A stretch of 64,000 nucleotides of DNA from Callorhinchus milii (Eukaryota): contig NW_024704743.1 of the NCBI RefSeq assembly GCF_018977255.1, forward strand, positions 43,836,001 to 43,900,000, written 5' to 3'. The stretch's first letter is position 1, and the number at the start of each line of letters is the position of its first letter. This document shows, piece after piece, positions 12,660 to 24,560 of this stretch. A program made the translations under genes and the position numbers. The notes under the pieces are model-generated. The model had not been told where the DNA came from and searched no databases. It saw only the letters and a list, made by a program, of their open reading frames with translations.

Positions 12660-12948
12660 CATTTGCCCATTGCAACCTGGCTGTTCCTTCACCCAGCGAG
12701 CACCGGTTTGCTTCATGCCCCATTGCTTTCAGCTATTCCGCCATTGCTTTCTGGCTTGCTCCCTTTCTCCTTTTTGTCAAGCTACATCTCAACGTATAAC
12801 AGTTTGATCACATTTTTGGGTCATCTTTCCTCTCCCTTCACACCCTCCGGCTCCCACCCCCAGCTCAAGTGCCCATCCAGCATTGTAAAGTGTTTTGAGA
12901 CATCCTTCTGAAATGAAAGGAGCAATATAATGTAAATTGTATTGTATT
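12660..12948 (+). mobile_element. Old L2 3' end fragment
   Basis: caccggtttgcttcatgccc...tgtaaagtgttttgagacatccttctgaaatgaaagg, then tgtattgtat. Confidence 0.65.
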
Positions 12949-13394
12949 CTTTGATCTCAGCCTTCCAGAATGCCCACCTATCTTCCTCCCATCATAGGAT
13001 CAAGCTGTTTTTAAATTAGTCCAATGTCCTGCCGCAACCACCTTTACCAGCAACGTGATTCCATGATTAATTACCTTCTGGGTAAATACTGCCTTGTAAC
13101 ATTGCTCTTTTCAACTCTAAATTTGTGTTCTCTTGTTCTATTATCTCAGAACATCCAAACATATTGTTCAGAGTTTACTTCTCTGCCATTTAAAATCTTA
13201 CATGAAGCTTTCCCCTAGAATCCTTTTTCCAATGTTTTTTTTTCTCAATTCCTGTCCTAATATAACAATCCTTGCATTTGATACAGTGTCCTTTCACATT
13301 GAGAGGATGTTTCAAAATGCTTCACAGAATATACTGTAAGGTGGAATGATTGTATTTTGTGGGCCAACATGAATCTAGTCACTTAGCAGTGCTC

Positions 13395-13692
13395 GTACAA
13401 ATGATCATTCTACTTGTGTCAGGGTAGACAGTGAACCTTGGCAGGTTGTTCGACCATCACAGCTGGGCAAATCATATCTTAACTCAGAATCTACCACAGA
13501 GATCACTGAACATGGTAAGACATGAGACCTCTGCTCAGTTTTTTTCCCTTCCCTAGCCTGAGAGCCAAAGAGGTCAACTGTACCAGTCCTGCTACTGCCT
13601 TAACTGAGATCATCGGCTAACAGCATGCACCATGACTGAACCTTAATCTCTACTGCCTTGTACCGCATAGCACCAAGTAGCATTTAGATAGT
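13395..13692 (-). mobile_element. Ancient tRNA-SINE relic (tentatively AmnSINE2-like)
   Basis: tttcccttccctagcctgagagccaaagaggtcaactgtacc...actgagatcatcggctaacagca; similar to 20895-21200 and 47030-47240. Family name from memory. Confidence 0.55.
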
Positions 13693-14314
13693 CAGACTTA
13701 TGCCTCATTCATTCTCATTGATGAAAGTTTGACCGTAATCCAAAATCACTCACATAACAAACGGAACCACACTATATCTTCATGCATAGGAGTATCATTG
13801 GAATGTGATCTGTTTAGTGGAGAGGATTTATTATATTTCCTCCCTTTTGTGACATTTATTATGTTTTAATTACCCCACTGTTCTTCTATGTGGGACAAGT
13901 TGGGTCACAGATAAATCCTCAGCACAAACAATGTTTATGCACAGAGTTCTGTAAACCAGCATCCAAATGTGTCTATTTTAACAAATTATTCTAGAGCAGG
14001 TTTGGGCACTAACTCTATGAATGGTCGAATGGACTGTTTGCACTATGACTACTTCAGTGCAGTAATATGAAATGGATTGGTCTGAGAGAAATTCCCTACT
14101 GCTTCAAATCAGGTATCCGGTTCCTAAATCTGCAGCTATGATACATTTTGCATCAGTTCAACGTGGAATTTACAGTGCCTGAGCACAAAGCATTGCCCTG
14201 AAACTCTGGTAGCCAAACACTGAAAAACGTAATGTCGTTTTGCAGGAGTTTTTGGTTTTTTCACTGTTCTTCTAGTATCTGGGAAGTTGTACAACTAATC
14301 ATCACAGGTTTCTC

Positions 14315-14366
14315 TGCTGGTTAAAGGGCAGGGATGATCAACATTTGCTCCAGCCTTTAACCAGCA
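14315..14366. repeat. 13-bp perfect inverted repeat with 26-nt spacer
   Basis: tgctggttaaagg (14315-14327) / cctttaaccagca (14354-14366). Confidence 0.8.
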
Positions 14367-14697
14367 TTGAATTTGAAACTGGGCAAAGATCTGTTACTTT
14401 CAGATGCTACCCAACTACCTTTATGCTGTGCTCTTTGTTTCGTGAACACTACCAGCCCTGTTAGTTTCCCACACATCAGCTCTCAAAGCAAATGATAACT
14501 TGAAAAATTTGCACACATTTCAAGGGGTCAATAACATTGTGATACACTTGAGATCAAGGATTTCAGTACTTAATGAAATCAATGTTTTGGTAAATGCCAT
14601 CATTGAAAAGGACAAAAAAAAATGAGCAGACAGATAAAACTTGCCTACATTATTAATAATTGTGCATAGCCAATTTGCACATAATAATAATTAGAAT

Positions 14698-15060
14698 AAA
14701 AATAATAATCCTTGCATTTGATATAGCGCTTTATCACGTCTTTGAGATGTCTCAAAGCGCTTCACAGAATATACTGTGAAGTAAATTGACTGTATTTTGT
14801 GGGAAAACACAAAACAATGTTCCACAAACAACCATGAAATAACTGACCAATTTTATTTGGGGGATTGTTGTCCAGGACACCGGGAGAAACTTCCATCTCT
14901 TTGTGAATAGGGTCATAGGATCTTTAATGTCACCTGAACTGATAGAGCAGACCTCCAAAGGACACGGCAGCCAATTGCGCAGAGTGGTGTCCCACAAACA
15001 GTGATGGATTGAAGTGCCCAATTTATTTCTTTTTTGGGGGGAAGGATTATTACCTCCAGA
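14698..15060 (-). mobile_element. Chimeric SINE: CORE-SINE body, Deu-domain fragment, shared tail
   Basis: Tail 14698-14810, Deu-type segment about 14811-14955 (ccaggacaccgggagaaac...ggatctttaatgtcacctgaac), CORE-SINE body 14961-15060. Confidence 0.75.
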
Positions 15061-16711
15061 AATAATTCTGGGAGGAACGTCATCACATCCAAGCATAGGA
15101 GTTCAGAGGTTTATTGTTCAGGTATTTTGAAGACCTGCTTTGTGGTGAAACAAAAGATCTGCTTGTCTCTGGAAGTAGAAGAGTTAATGTTTTCTCAATG
15201 TAGGTATTCTCCACAATGGCTTATTTATGGTAGACGAGAGTATCAAGAAATAATCACACCCCCATCTCATAGAATGTCTAACAAATGTCTAATAAATGTG
15301 ATCCATAAATTTTACTTTCTTTAGATGAGAAACACCATTATCAATAGTAGTATGGAATGTTAGGTGTTCTCAAGCCCGGCCGAATGTATAGAGGAAAAGA
15401 CTCCCTGTGCTAGCTGACAGTGAGTGATGGAGGAGACTCTCCCATTGCTAACTGCAGAGGAAGATCTGATAAGAGAAGATGCACCTCACTACACACAGAA
15501 CTAGCTCTTGCCTAAGAGATAGCTATTTATAGCTGAGGCAGCAGTACGTGAAAAGAAAGAAAGCTTCACTTAAAGGAATCTGTTCCTCCATCCTATGAAA
15601 TGCAAATACAAGGATTATTATTACCTCATGTGATAATAATAATCCTTGCACCATGTTTACACCAAAATGTAGAAACCATAAATCAGTACATCATAAAACA
15701 ATCTAACATGACAGAATTTACCACAATTTGATCCAATCGCTAAATTACACTTTCAATAACATTGTGGAGTTCTGTGAAGAGAGTCCAGTGATTATAATGC
15801 ACGGCACTATGTGGGAGCCAGCCAATGAGTGCTTTATGATGGAGTATAGAGACACTGAGAGCAGGAATGTCACAGCGCATATCAGGATCCAGACAGCTTA
15901 GCAGCTGCAATGCAGCTTTTGAGCACTGGGCTATGAAATGGGCTATATCACGTTTAAAATGATATATGTAACAGTTCTGAATGAAAATCGCATCTGCTAC
16001 AAAAAATCCAAATGGAATGTCCTCTGGTTGCAAAAGTTTTGTTTGATTGGATTCTTGTAGTGGTTCAGCAATCTCACTGAAACACCCTAAAATATATTTC
16101 ATGCTCTTGGAATGATTTTATCCCCAGATTCATTGAGTGCTTTCAAAATCTGAAATGATTTCATGAACTGACTGTGGTTTTGAGACTCAGAAATAACCTT
16201 TGAGTTCTAGTGTCAAAGAACCCTATTATGTGAAGAAGAAAAATTTTTCACAGTTAAATGCACTGAAGAATGTTTTTACCAGCTCTATGCTTTTTTAAAA
16301 GCGAGTCTGTCACATTCAATGGCAATGGAACTGCAGGTTCCAAAGTCTGAATAGCAGGCAATGCACCAGCTGCAATCTGTGTTCGAGAAGGGAATACATT
16401 GTCATCTTGATATTTCCCACATCAATGATTTTACCGCTTTTCTGGCAAGTCATCTCCTGATCACAAATCATGACAATCTTTGCTATTTCTAATACTGCAT
16501 TGATATTTTGCTGAATACCAATGTTGTGCATTCAAATACAGGAGTGCAGTACATTTGTTAGCATTCCTGTGCTGCTGCTATTGGTCAGCAATTTGACGCT
16601 TTGCAGAGAATTAATTTAAAGTAGATCCAAGCATCTTTATTGGTCCACAATATGGTAGAGTACCATACTCCATGACTGCATTTCTTACAACACAACACTT
16701 AAAAAATTTCT

Positions 16712-17015
16712 GCACAGGAGGAGGCCATTTGGCCCATTGTTTGTGCCATTGCTACATGTTTTTCTAAATCACCTTAATTAATCCTACTTTCTAGTTCTCT
16801 CCCTATGTCTCCCTGATGATTTTCCCACTCAGGTATTTATCCATTTTGAATGATCCTATTGCTGCAGTCTTGGTAGCCTATTGTAATTAATTCCAAAGCC
16901 CAAATACCATCTGAGAGAAGAAATTCTTTCTGTCTTCTCTCCTAATGTTTCTGTCAACAATCCTGATGCTATTCCCCTCCCCACAGTAAAAATCGTCTTC
17001 CCAAGATTTGATAAA
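16712..17015 (-). mobile_element. CR1 3' fragment
   Basis: cacaggaggaggccatttggcccatt...gagaagaaattctttctg. Confidence 0.65.
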
Positions 17016-18537
17016 GCTTTATCAAATGAAATAATTATTATTGTTATTATTGGTTACTGGTGAGAATGAATGGATACATTGCTCTAAGAGCCAATGCAGA
17101 CTTGATGCGACGAATGGCCTCCTTCCAATGTTTTAGTTGCTATCAGCCTCTAGTCCACGTTTTTTATATTGAATGCTCCTTTCCCAGGTTTGTTTCTGCT
17201 TGGGAAGCCCCAAATCTCCACTCTCCTATGCCAAAGCATTTTAATTTAGCAATCGGAGAGCTGAGTCCTGAAGCCTCCACTAAAAGTTAACTTAGTGAGA
17301 AGGGACTTCCCCCACCTCCCCCTTCCCTCAGCCAGGTAACAACAACAACTTGCATTTATCGAAGAACAGAGTCTCGGTTTGAGTCAAAAACTGAATCCTG
17401 AGTGGAGAAGACTACTTTCCTGGAGAGAAACACCACCTGCTGGTGATCCTATTACAAGAAATGGAACACATTTAGGAATCCTGCAAATTTTTCCAATGTT
17501 TTCTTCAAGGCTGGCTTTTTGGATAATAACTAAGTGAGGTGCCATGTTATCGTAGGAAGCCAATACCAGCAACAGGATGGGGTGCAATGATGGATCTTTC
17601 CTTATTTGAAAAGTGGCAGATGTAGAAACCAACCGAGGAATAATTTGCCACTTTTGGAATCTGAAATGCAGCAAAATGCAACAACAAATTGGGATTTATA
17701 CAGTGCCTTTCACGTTGGGAGGATGTTCCAAGGTCGAGTGTCTACTCGGATTCGGGAGAGGTGGGGATGGATCCTCAGCCTCCTTGAACCCTGTTATTTC
17801 CCTCTTCTGGCTTTATCTGTGTCTATGTAAGGCCCTAAATTATGTTTGTGTTTTGCTCTCACACTCATTGTCTATATCACTACAGCAGCATCTAAGCATT
17901 AACTGAGTGCAATAGAGGCAGGTCACAGAAAGTGTAAGATATCATGCCAACTGTTAAGCAGACTTATTGTAGCATGCCTTATGGTGTATTCTGTAGAAAG
18001 TAAATTATCCGCTTCAGCAAATTGAGTGTTTGTATTAATAACTTGCATCAGTGTTTACAGAATAGTGTATCCATCCAAAACTGGAAAAATAAGTCATAAA
18101 TTCCACAAGATGGTCCCAGAGATCTCCATTTGAAGTCTCAAACTTCACTTTTTATGTAGCTATCGTTGTCTTTGTTCTTCCTGTATCACTCCAGTTCATA
18201 GACTTGAAGTCTTATTTTTTGCAGTCCCATCTGTCTGTGTTACCTTCTATGCCCAGTTTCATCAATGGGAGCAATTTTTCTTCTGTTTCTTCAAACTCCT
18301 CCTCAGCAAACATCCTTGCTCTCTGGAATTGCCTCCCGAAGTTCCATTGCCTTGTACCTTCCCTGTTTTAAAAACCCTTTGAAAAAACATTGTTCTCTCC
18401 AATTCTTTGGCCTCTCAAAATCTAGTCTCCTATTTGATTTTTCCAATCAAGTATTCTTTCACTCAATATGAACCATGCAAGTAACCAAAATTACCTCAAA
18501 TCCAAACTCCAACTTGCTCACAAATGTTTGTGTTCCC

Positions 18538-18805
18538 ATCTGTCTGTTCAGGTGGACATTAAAGATCCCATATCACTATTCAAAAAGAGAAGGGAGTTTC
18601 TCCTGGTGCCCTGGCCAACAATTCCCCCAAATACAATTGATCACTCATTTGATAGCTGTTTGTGGGTTGCCACTGTGTGCAAAATTGACTTCTGCATTTG
18701 CCCATAGAACACACAATCACACCATTTACTTTACAGTAAATTCCGTGAAGCTCTTTGGGACAGCCAATGTGGAAAACGTTATACCAAATGCAATGATTAT
18801 TGTTG
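18538..18805 (+). mobile_element. Deu-domain SINE 3' part
   Basis: ctgttcaggtggacattaaagatcccatatcactatt...cctggtgccctggccaacaattcccc, then 3' module. Confidence 0.8.
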
Positions 18806-19730
18806 TTCAATCCCTACAATTATTTGCAGTGAGAGCTAAATAAACAACTGAGAATTCTCCATTGGAAAGTAAACCACTCCCCAGTGCTCATTCACATCTG
18901 CGGTGCTCGATACGTACAGGGTCCAACATCGCTTGGAAGCAAAATATTATCCAAAATGCAGGGAATTGACATGCTTGACAGGGGACAAATGATCCAAAAC
19001 AAGCATTGTTTTAAAATGAGAGCCAAGCAGTTATAAGTGACTTCAGAACACAATTCTTCAACACAGGGTTGTGATAAAAGTAGAATACATTGCCATAGAT
19101 ACAAAATTGGTTTAGAAGTGTAATAATAATAACACAAATTTTATTTATTTATCCCTCATGCAGGATAGTCTCAGAGCACTCTCCATACACCAGACATGTA
19201 CAGATAGACACAGGTATACCTGTATCCGTATTTACCAAATCCCGATGTGAGGCTTGAACCTGCAACCTTCTGACTCAGAGGTGATTGACATTGATATGTG
19301 ATATGTATATAAAGGTAAAATGTTGGTGAAATTGTGCTTTTTTGCTCATGAAACATTTTTACAAAATCAAAACCAATATCCTGTTAAATCCAAAAAATTC
19401 AAATACAAACCAAAGGTTTAAGCACTCCAGGTTTTATAGGAAATGACCTGTGGTTTTGTTTTCAAAATAAATTGGCTTCACCAAAGAACTCCCTTCTAAT
19501 AATGATCTAATATATCACTCATCTTTTCCCCTCTCTACTCCCACTTGCTCCCACCTTCTGCTCAGCACTGTGAATGCAGGGAAGTCCTCTTGAAGTAATA
19601 AGTGCTGTATAAATGTATCTTGTATATCAATGTAAATCATATTGTATATAAACATAAATTGTATTGCATATGAAAGCAAATTGTATTGGCTGGATCAGAC
19701 ATCAAATATAAATTTAACCTAAATATTCTA

Positions 19731-19787
19731 AACGTCCTCCTGACGTGAAAGGTGCTACACAAATGTAATCTTGTTGTCGTCGTTGTT
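19731..19787 (+). mobile_element. Ultra-short L2 3' tail
   Basis: acgtcctcctgacgtgaaaggtgctacacaaatgtaatcttgttgtcgtcgttgtt; no L2 homology upstream. Confidence 0.75.
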
Positions 19788-20894
19788 AAAATATCTCCAA
19801 AACGTTTTATTGTATTTTTAAAAAACGCTGACTTAAGGATGTTGAAATTCACATCCAGTTCTAGCTCTGTCCAACTGTGCACTCCATCACACAGGAAATC
19901 CTCCACACGTTGCTGCACATCACCAGAGACAGTCATGTCAGAGCCAATTATACTTCAAATTCACTTCCATTCACAAACGCTAAATAAAAGTGACAGATTT
20001 ATGCTTCAGTAACTTGGTCAGTCATTTTTGCCAAATCAAGTTCACTTGTTTACATAATGACTGAACAGAAAGCACTGCCATGACTTGGACCAGTAATACA
20101 GACAGCAGCAGGGACTCAGCTAATGTCCTAACATGTTCAGAAGCAAAATGTCTCCTGGTTTGCAATTGGGACAGCTGTCCTCCCTGGTCTATTTCCAATC
20201 ATAAAGCATGTGGTCGTGTCTCTGTGTGGGAATGTCTATATAATACATACAGGACAATTGATGCTGTCAATAATTAACAATGCTACAAAGAAACCAGAAA
20301 GAGCATTGCTCTCAGTTACTAACTCACACAGTATATCACTTTCCTTAGGCCAGGGTATGCTGGACATGGATGGGTGGTTTGCTCGTGTAATCACAGTAAT
20401 TGTACAATTGTGATTGGTGTCAGTTATTCCAAAAATGCAAAATGGCTCACAGAAGTGTCAGCCCCAGCTTCTCTCATTGAAGTTCTTCCAGCAAGCTCAA
20501 AATAATAATTAGCTGCTACATTTGTCTACAGAACAACATTCATTATGTTTCTAATTAATCCCATTATGTGAAGTTCTGAGTCTTTTTAATGAAAGGTTCT
20601 TGCTGTAGTATGGGAGGAATCCCTCAATGGCTTTCGGTTAAGTGCATTATCTGATGTGGCACTAAGTCATCTTTAGGAACAGAGGCCATAAAAAACTATT
20701 TGGTACATCTGCTAAAATAAAAAAGATCAACACTATTCTTTCTCTCTCAAACCTTCAATGATTTTTTTTGAAAAAATATTGCCTAATTTCCACTTGAATT
20801 TGCTGACACAATGCTTGCAGGTTCCATTGTTATCAAATGCAATTTACATTAATATTGCACCTTTCACTTTGGATGGGTGGCTTAAAGCACTCAA

Positions 20895-21200
20895 AATGCT
20901 AAATTAGTTGATGTCAGCCAGAGCAGGAAGTGTCTCGGAAAGGTGAGGGGAGAGGGGGCTAAAGTTCTTCTTAGTGGTCCAGAGTTAAGGCGGAGAAGGT
21001 CAATTAACGATCCCACTTCTGCTCACTGTCTAGTGGCCTTTGTTGGAAAGTGTACAACTCTGGATATCTGCTGAAAACACGATGGGGCCCTGATGCCTCC
21101 ACAGTTGAATACTCTGCTGTCATGCATTGCCTGGCCTCACACATGGAGAATGACCAATTGGGTGAGAAACCATCTGGAACCCATGGAACCCTACCCTTAT
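20895..21200 (+). mobile_element. Ancient tRNA-SINE relic, same family as 13.4 kb
   Basis: gctaaattagttgatgtcagccagagcag...tgatgcctccacagttgaata...ctcacacatggagaatgacca...ccatggaaccctaccc. Confidence 0.55.
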
Positions 21201-21414
21201 AGAATGTGTTATTGCCTGTAGCAGTGGTGAGAAAGGGAACACCAATAAGGGATATTGTACTTATGACCATCGTTAATTATCACAACCACCAAAATGTGCA
21301 GTCAAAAACAATCATCTGTTATCACATGTCTCGAAGTGATCAGTGATAACTATTGTTTGTTTCTGATCACACTTTTTGGTTGATGTGCTTATTGTGTTAT
21401 GATATCACATGCCC

Positions 21415-21622
21415 CATAGAAGTTACAGTATAGGAGGAGGCCATTTGGCCCATTGAGCCTAAATTAGTGATGGCTTAGGCACTGGAGCCAACTACTCAAG
21501 CCTCAATTCTCTGCTCTTTCCTCATACCCTCATGTATTCTTCCTTTTCAAATGTTTATCCAATTCTCTTTCAAATGTCGCTATGGTCTCAGCTTCAATTG
21601 TCACTTGTGGCAAAGACTTCAA
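21415..21622 (-). mobile_element. CR1 3' fragment
   Basis: catagaagttacagtataggaggaggccatttggcccattgagcct...ttatccaattctctttcaaatg. Confidence 0.7.
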
Positions 21623-21950
21623 AATCCATAGGTTGAGTACCTATTTCAATCTGCACGCCACTAAATTATTAATATATGCAATCATGTGCACAATATATAT
21701 TCATCAATTGTAGGATCAGCACTTTAGTTATAGTACCAGGCAACTTTTAATAAATCCATGTGTTGATCCTTATCAGAATGTGATGTTCATACACTACACT
21801 TTACCAAATGTATCAGACATGTGATAGCTTGTAATCTAACACGACTCACCGTGGCTATAAAACTATCTTGAAGGAACCGTCATCTCTGCATTCACAGCAC
21901 AGCTTCAAATCCCCTCCTATTTGAAGGAGAGGATACTACACTGGGGAATA

Positions 21951-22178
21951 AAAAGCAGAGGTTTGCAACTGGAAGTGGCCAACAGCAACTCAGAGTAGTA
22001 AGCTACACCAGTAACCAGCGATGCATCACAGATGACTCACGGGACCCCACAACTAAGTGCCAGAAGCAGATTTCGGAGTTGCCCGAGCCCCCTGTGATGT
22101 GCTGTCTGTCACCAGCTGCGTTCCTCCTCAATGACTCCGAGCTGCTGTTGGTGAATCCCGTTGCAAGCCTCTGCTTTT
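21951..22178. repeat. Long imperfect palindrome (MITE-like)
   Basis: aaaagcagaggtttgcaactgga pairs with tcccgttgcaagcctctgctttt; ccaacagcaactcagagt with actccgagctgctgttgg; catcacag with ctgtgatg. Confidence 0.8.
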
Positions 22179-23164
22179 CCAATTATCCGTAGGAATTAGG
22201 GAACTTTCGCCCTCTCCTACCCCAACACTTCAAAAATATCAATATTTATTATGATTAATAAACAGATATTGTTTCAGTACCATGCATTCTACATTAAAAC
22301 AGTTATCATGGTGATGTAGACGTTCACTTATATTAAGAGAGAATGCCCGAGTCACTAAAAAACGGTGATGCATCTGGTTCAAAAGCACATTGAGGTTTCT
22401 TATTTAGTTCATACAAAATATTTGCAACAGAAGTGATACCTGACCTCTGCCCAGCAGCCGATTCCACATCATCTTGTATCGCAGGACCAATTTCCACTCC
22501 AGAAAGATCACTTCACACTTGCTATCAACCCCTTCACGAGCAAAGAATTTTATATAAAAAAAGTAAACTTGTTCTCTATGGTGGGAGACCAACGAACAAA
22601 ATGAGCTAACGAGAACTGACAATCTAGCATTTCCAGCAAATCTTGCCATGGCGAATTACCCTCAGAAAAGCACTTTATTTCTTGCAGTCATACAGGCCCT
22701 CAAAGCAATTATTATCCTCAGAAAACTGAATTCCTCGCATAGATGGCAAATTGTCACTGGTACTAAGTGAGGACAAAGTGGCACGCACAGCTTTGTTTGC
22801 ACTGACTGACGTGCAGGCTGCTGAAAGTCTAAGTTGTAGCAGCTACCACTCTTGTTTCATGGTAAAAGCATTTGCTTTTAGTGTTCTGAAGTAAATCAGT
22901 ATCAATTAATGATCATCTGCAGAAATTGAATAAAGCATTGCCCTGGGTGCTTTGTTGGTCAATTACAGGATATTAAAATTGCCTGCAGAGGTGAACTTCT
23001 TGCCCAATATCTACATTTTTATTTTTCTGTATTAATTTCATTAACAAACTCAGGAATGAAGATGCATATTTAATTATTCACTCCCCGCTCCCCCCATTCG
23101 ACTCACACACTCAATGCAAGGCAATGAAGCAGAGAACCTCGGAACACACTTTGAAAATGGTGGC

Positions 23165-23548
23165 ATCAGGAGGATATCTTAAAGCACTTCACTGGAATTA
23201 CTGTTAAGTGCAGTGACTGTGTATTTTATAGGAAAACATTGCATCCAATTTCACACATCAATGTCCCACAAACAGCCATGCATCGAAGGATCAATTTTAC
23301 CTGGAGGTTTTTTTTGCTAGGGTACCAGGAGAAATTCCCTTCTCTTTACAAATAGTGCCACAGGAACTTTAATGTCCTCCTGAACAGGTAGATGGGACAT
23401 CAGTTTACCATTTCATCTAAAAGACAGCACCTTTGACAATGCAGCACTCCCCTAGCTCTCCATTGGTGTATCAGTCTAGTGTGAGTTGAAAAATCCCAAC
23501 GTGTGGCTTGAACTCACAACCTCCTGGCTCAGAGGTGGGAGTGTTACC
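23165..23548 (-). mobile_element. Deu-domain SINE, near complete
   Basis: Deu segment 23320-23480 and head ggcttgaactcacaacctcctggctcagaggtgggagtgttaccaactga. Confidence 0.8.
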
Positions 23549-24114
23549 AACTGAAGCAGGTTGATAGCCGTTAAGTGTTAATACATGTTAAGAACAGTTT
23601 GTTGTACAGTTAATCCAAATAGATTGTATTATTAATGAACTAATATATCGTACAAGTGCTGCATGTTAATGCCATAATATTGCATTATTACTGATGTCAA
23701 CATCAGCTTATAATAGAATTAACGTGTGTTAGTGACATTTTATTGTATTAGTAATGAATGTTAATGCCAACCTATTACATTATTAATTCACATTAATCCT
23801 AAAATAATTTACAGAACTGCATGTTAATGCCACTTGCCATCGAGTTAAATCCAACGCTAAACAGAAAGCTTTATTGTACAAAGGTCTGTGCTGAGATCAA
23901 CGCCTGAACCAAAACAAAAGATTTGCACACAAATTACATTCCACTTTTCCTTCGTGGAGTAGTCAATTTTGTATCACTATTATTCAAAGCTCCAGCTTTT
24001 GACACAAAGAGATCAGTTCCCACTTTCTATCAGTGGGATTCTATCCTCTAAAAACAATTTTGAAAAGGAAGAAAAGGCAGATTCAAAGCGAGAGAGTGAG
24101 CTAAAATCTCTGCC

Positions 24115-24560
24115 ATAGAACCATGGAAATATATAACACACAGGAAGACCATTCTTCCCATTTATCTGTGTCAGTGTTTGCTCCTCCACCCTAATCTCAA
24201 TTCCCTGCTCTTTCCCTTTAACCTCCAATACCTTTCCTCTGTTTGTGGTTATCCAGTTCGTGTTAAAATGCCCAGTTTCAAGACTGCTCTAACTGCCAAC
24301 CCTGGCTAACCATTCCATACCTTGGATAACCTTCTAAGAGATGTTCTTCTGAAATTCTGCTTTTACTACCCAGGTCACAATCTTGAATTCATGCCTCTTG
24401 TCCTCAAATCCCCATCCAGCAGAAAGACTTTTCACAATTAATCCTCTCAAATCTTTAATTATCTGAAACAGCTCTAGCATATTCACCTCTCAACCTTCTC
24501 TGCTCCAATGGGAAGATCCCTGCTCTCTCTTGTCTCTCCTCATGACTGTATCCTTGATCT
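24115..24560 (-). mobile_element. CR1 3' fragment
   Basis: catagaaccatggaa tail, ggaagaccattc, cattccatac, ctcaaccttctctgctccaatggga. Confidence 0.7.

Noticed and set aside
20535..20556. Partial match to a ZNF385D-type alternative first exon (AGAAACATAATG on minus)
   Set aside because: No upstream in-frame ATG and no splice donor; chance match.
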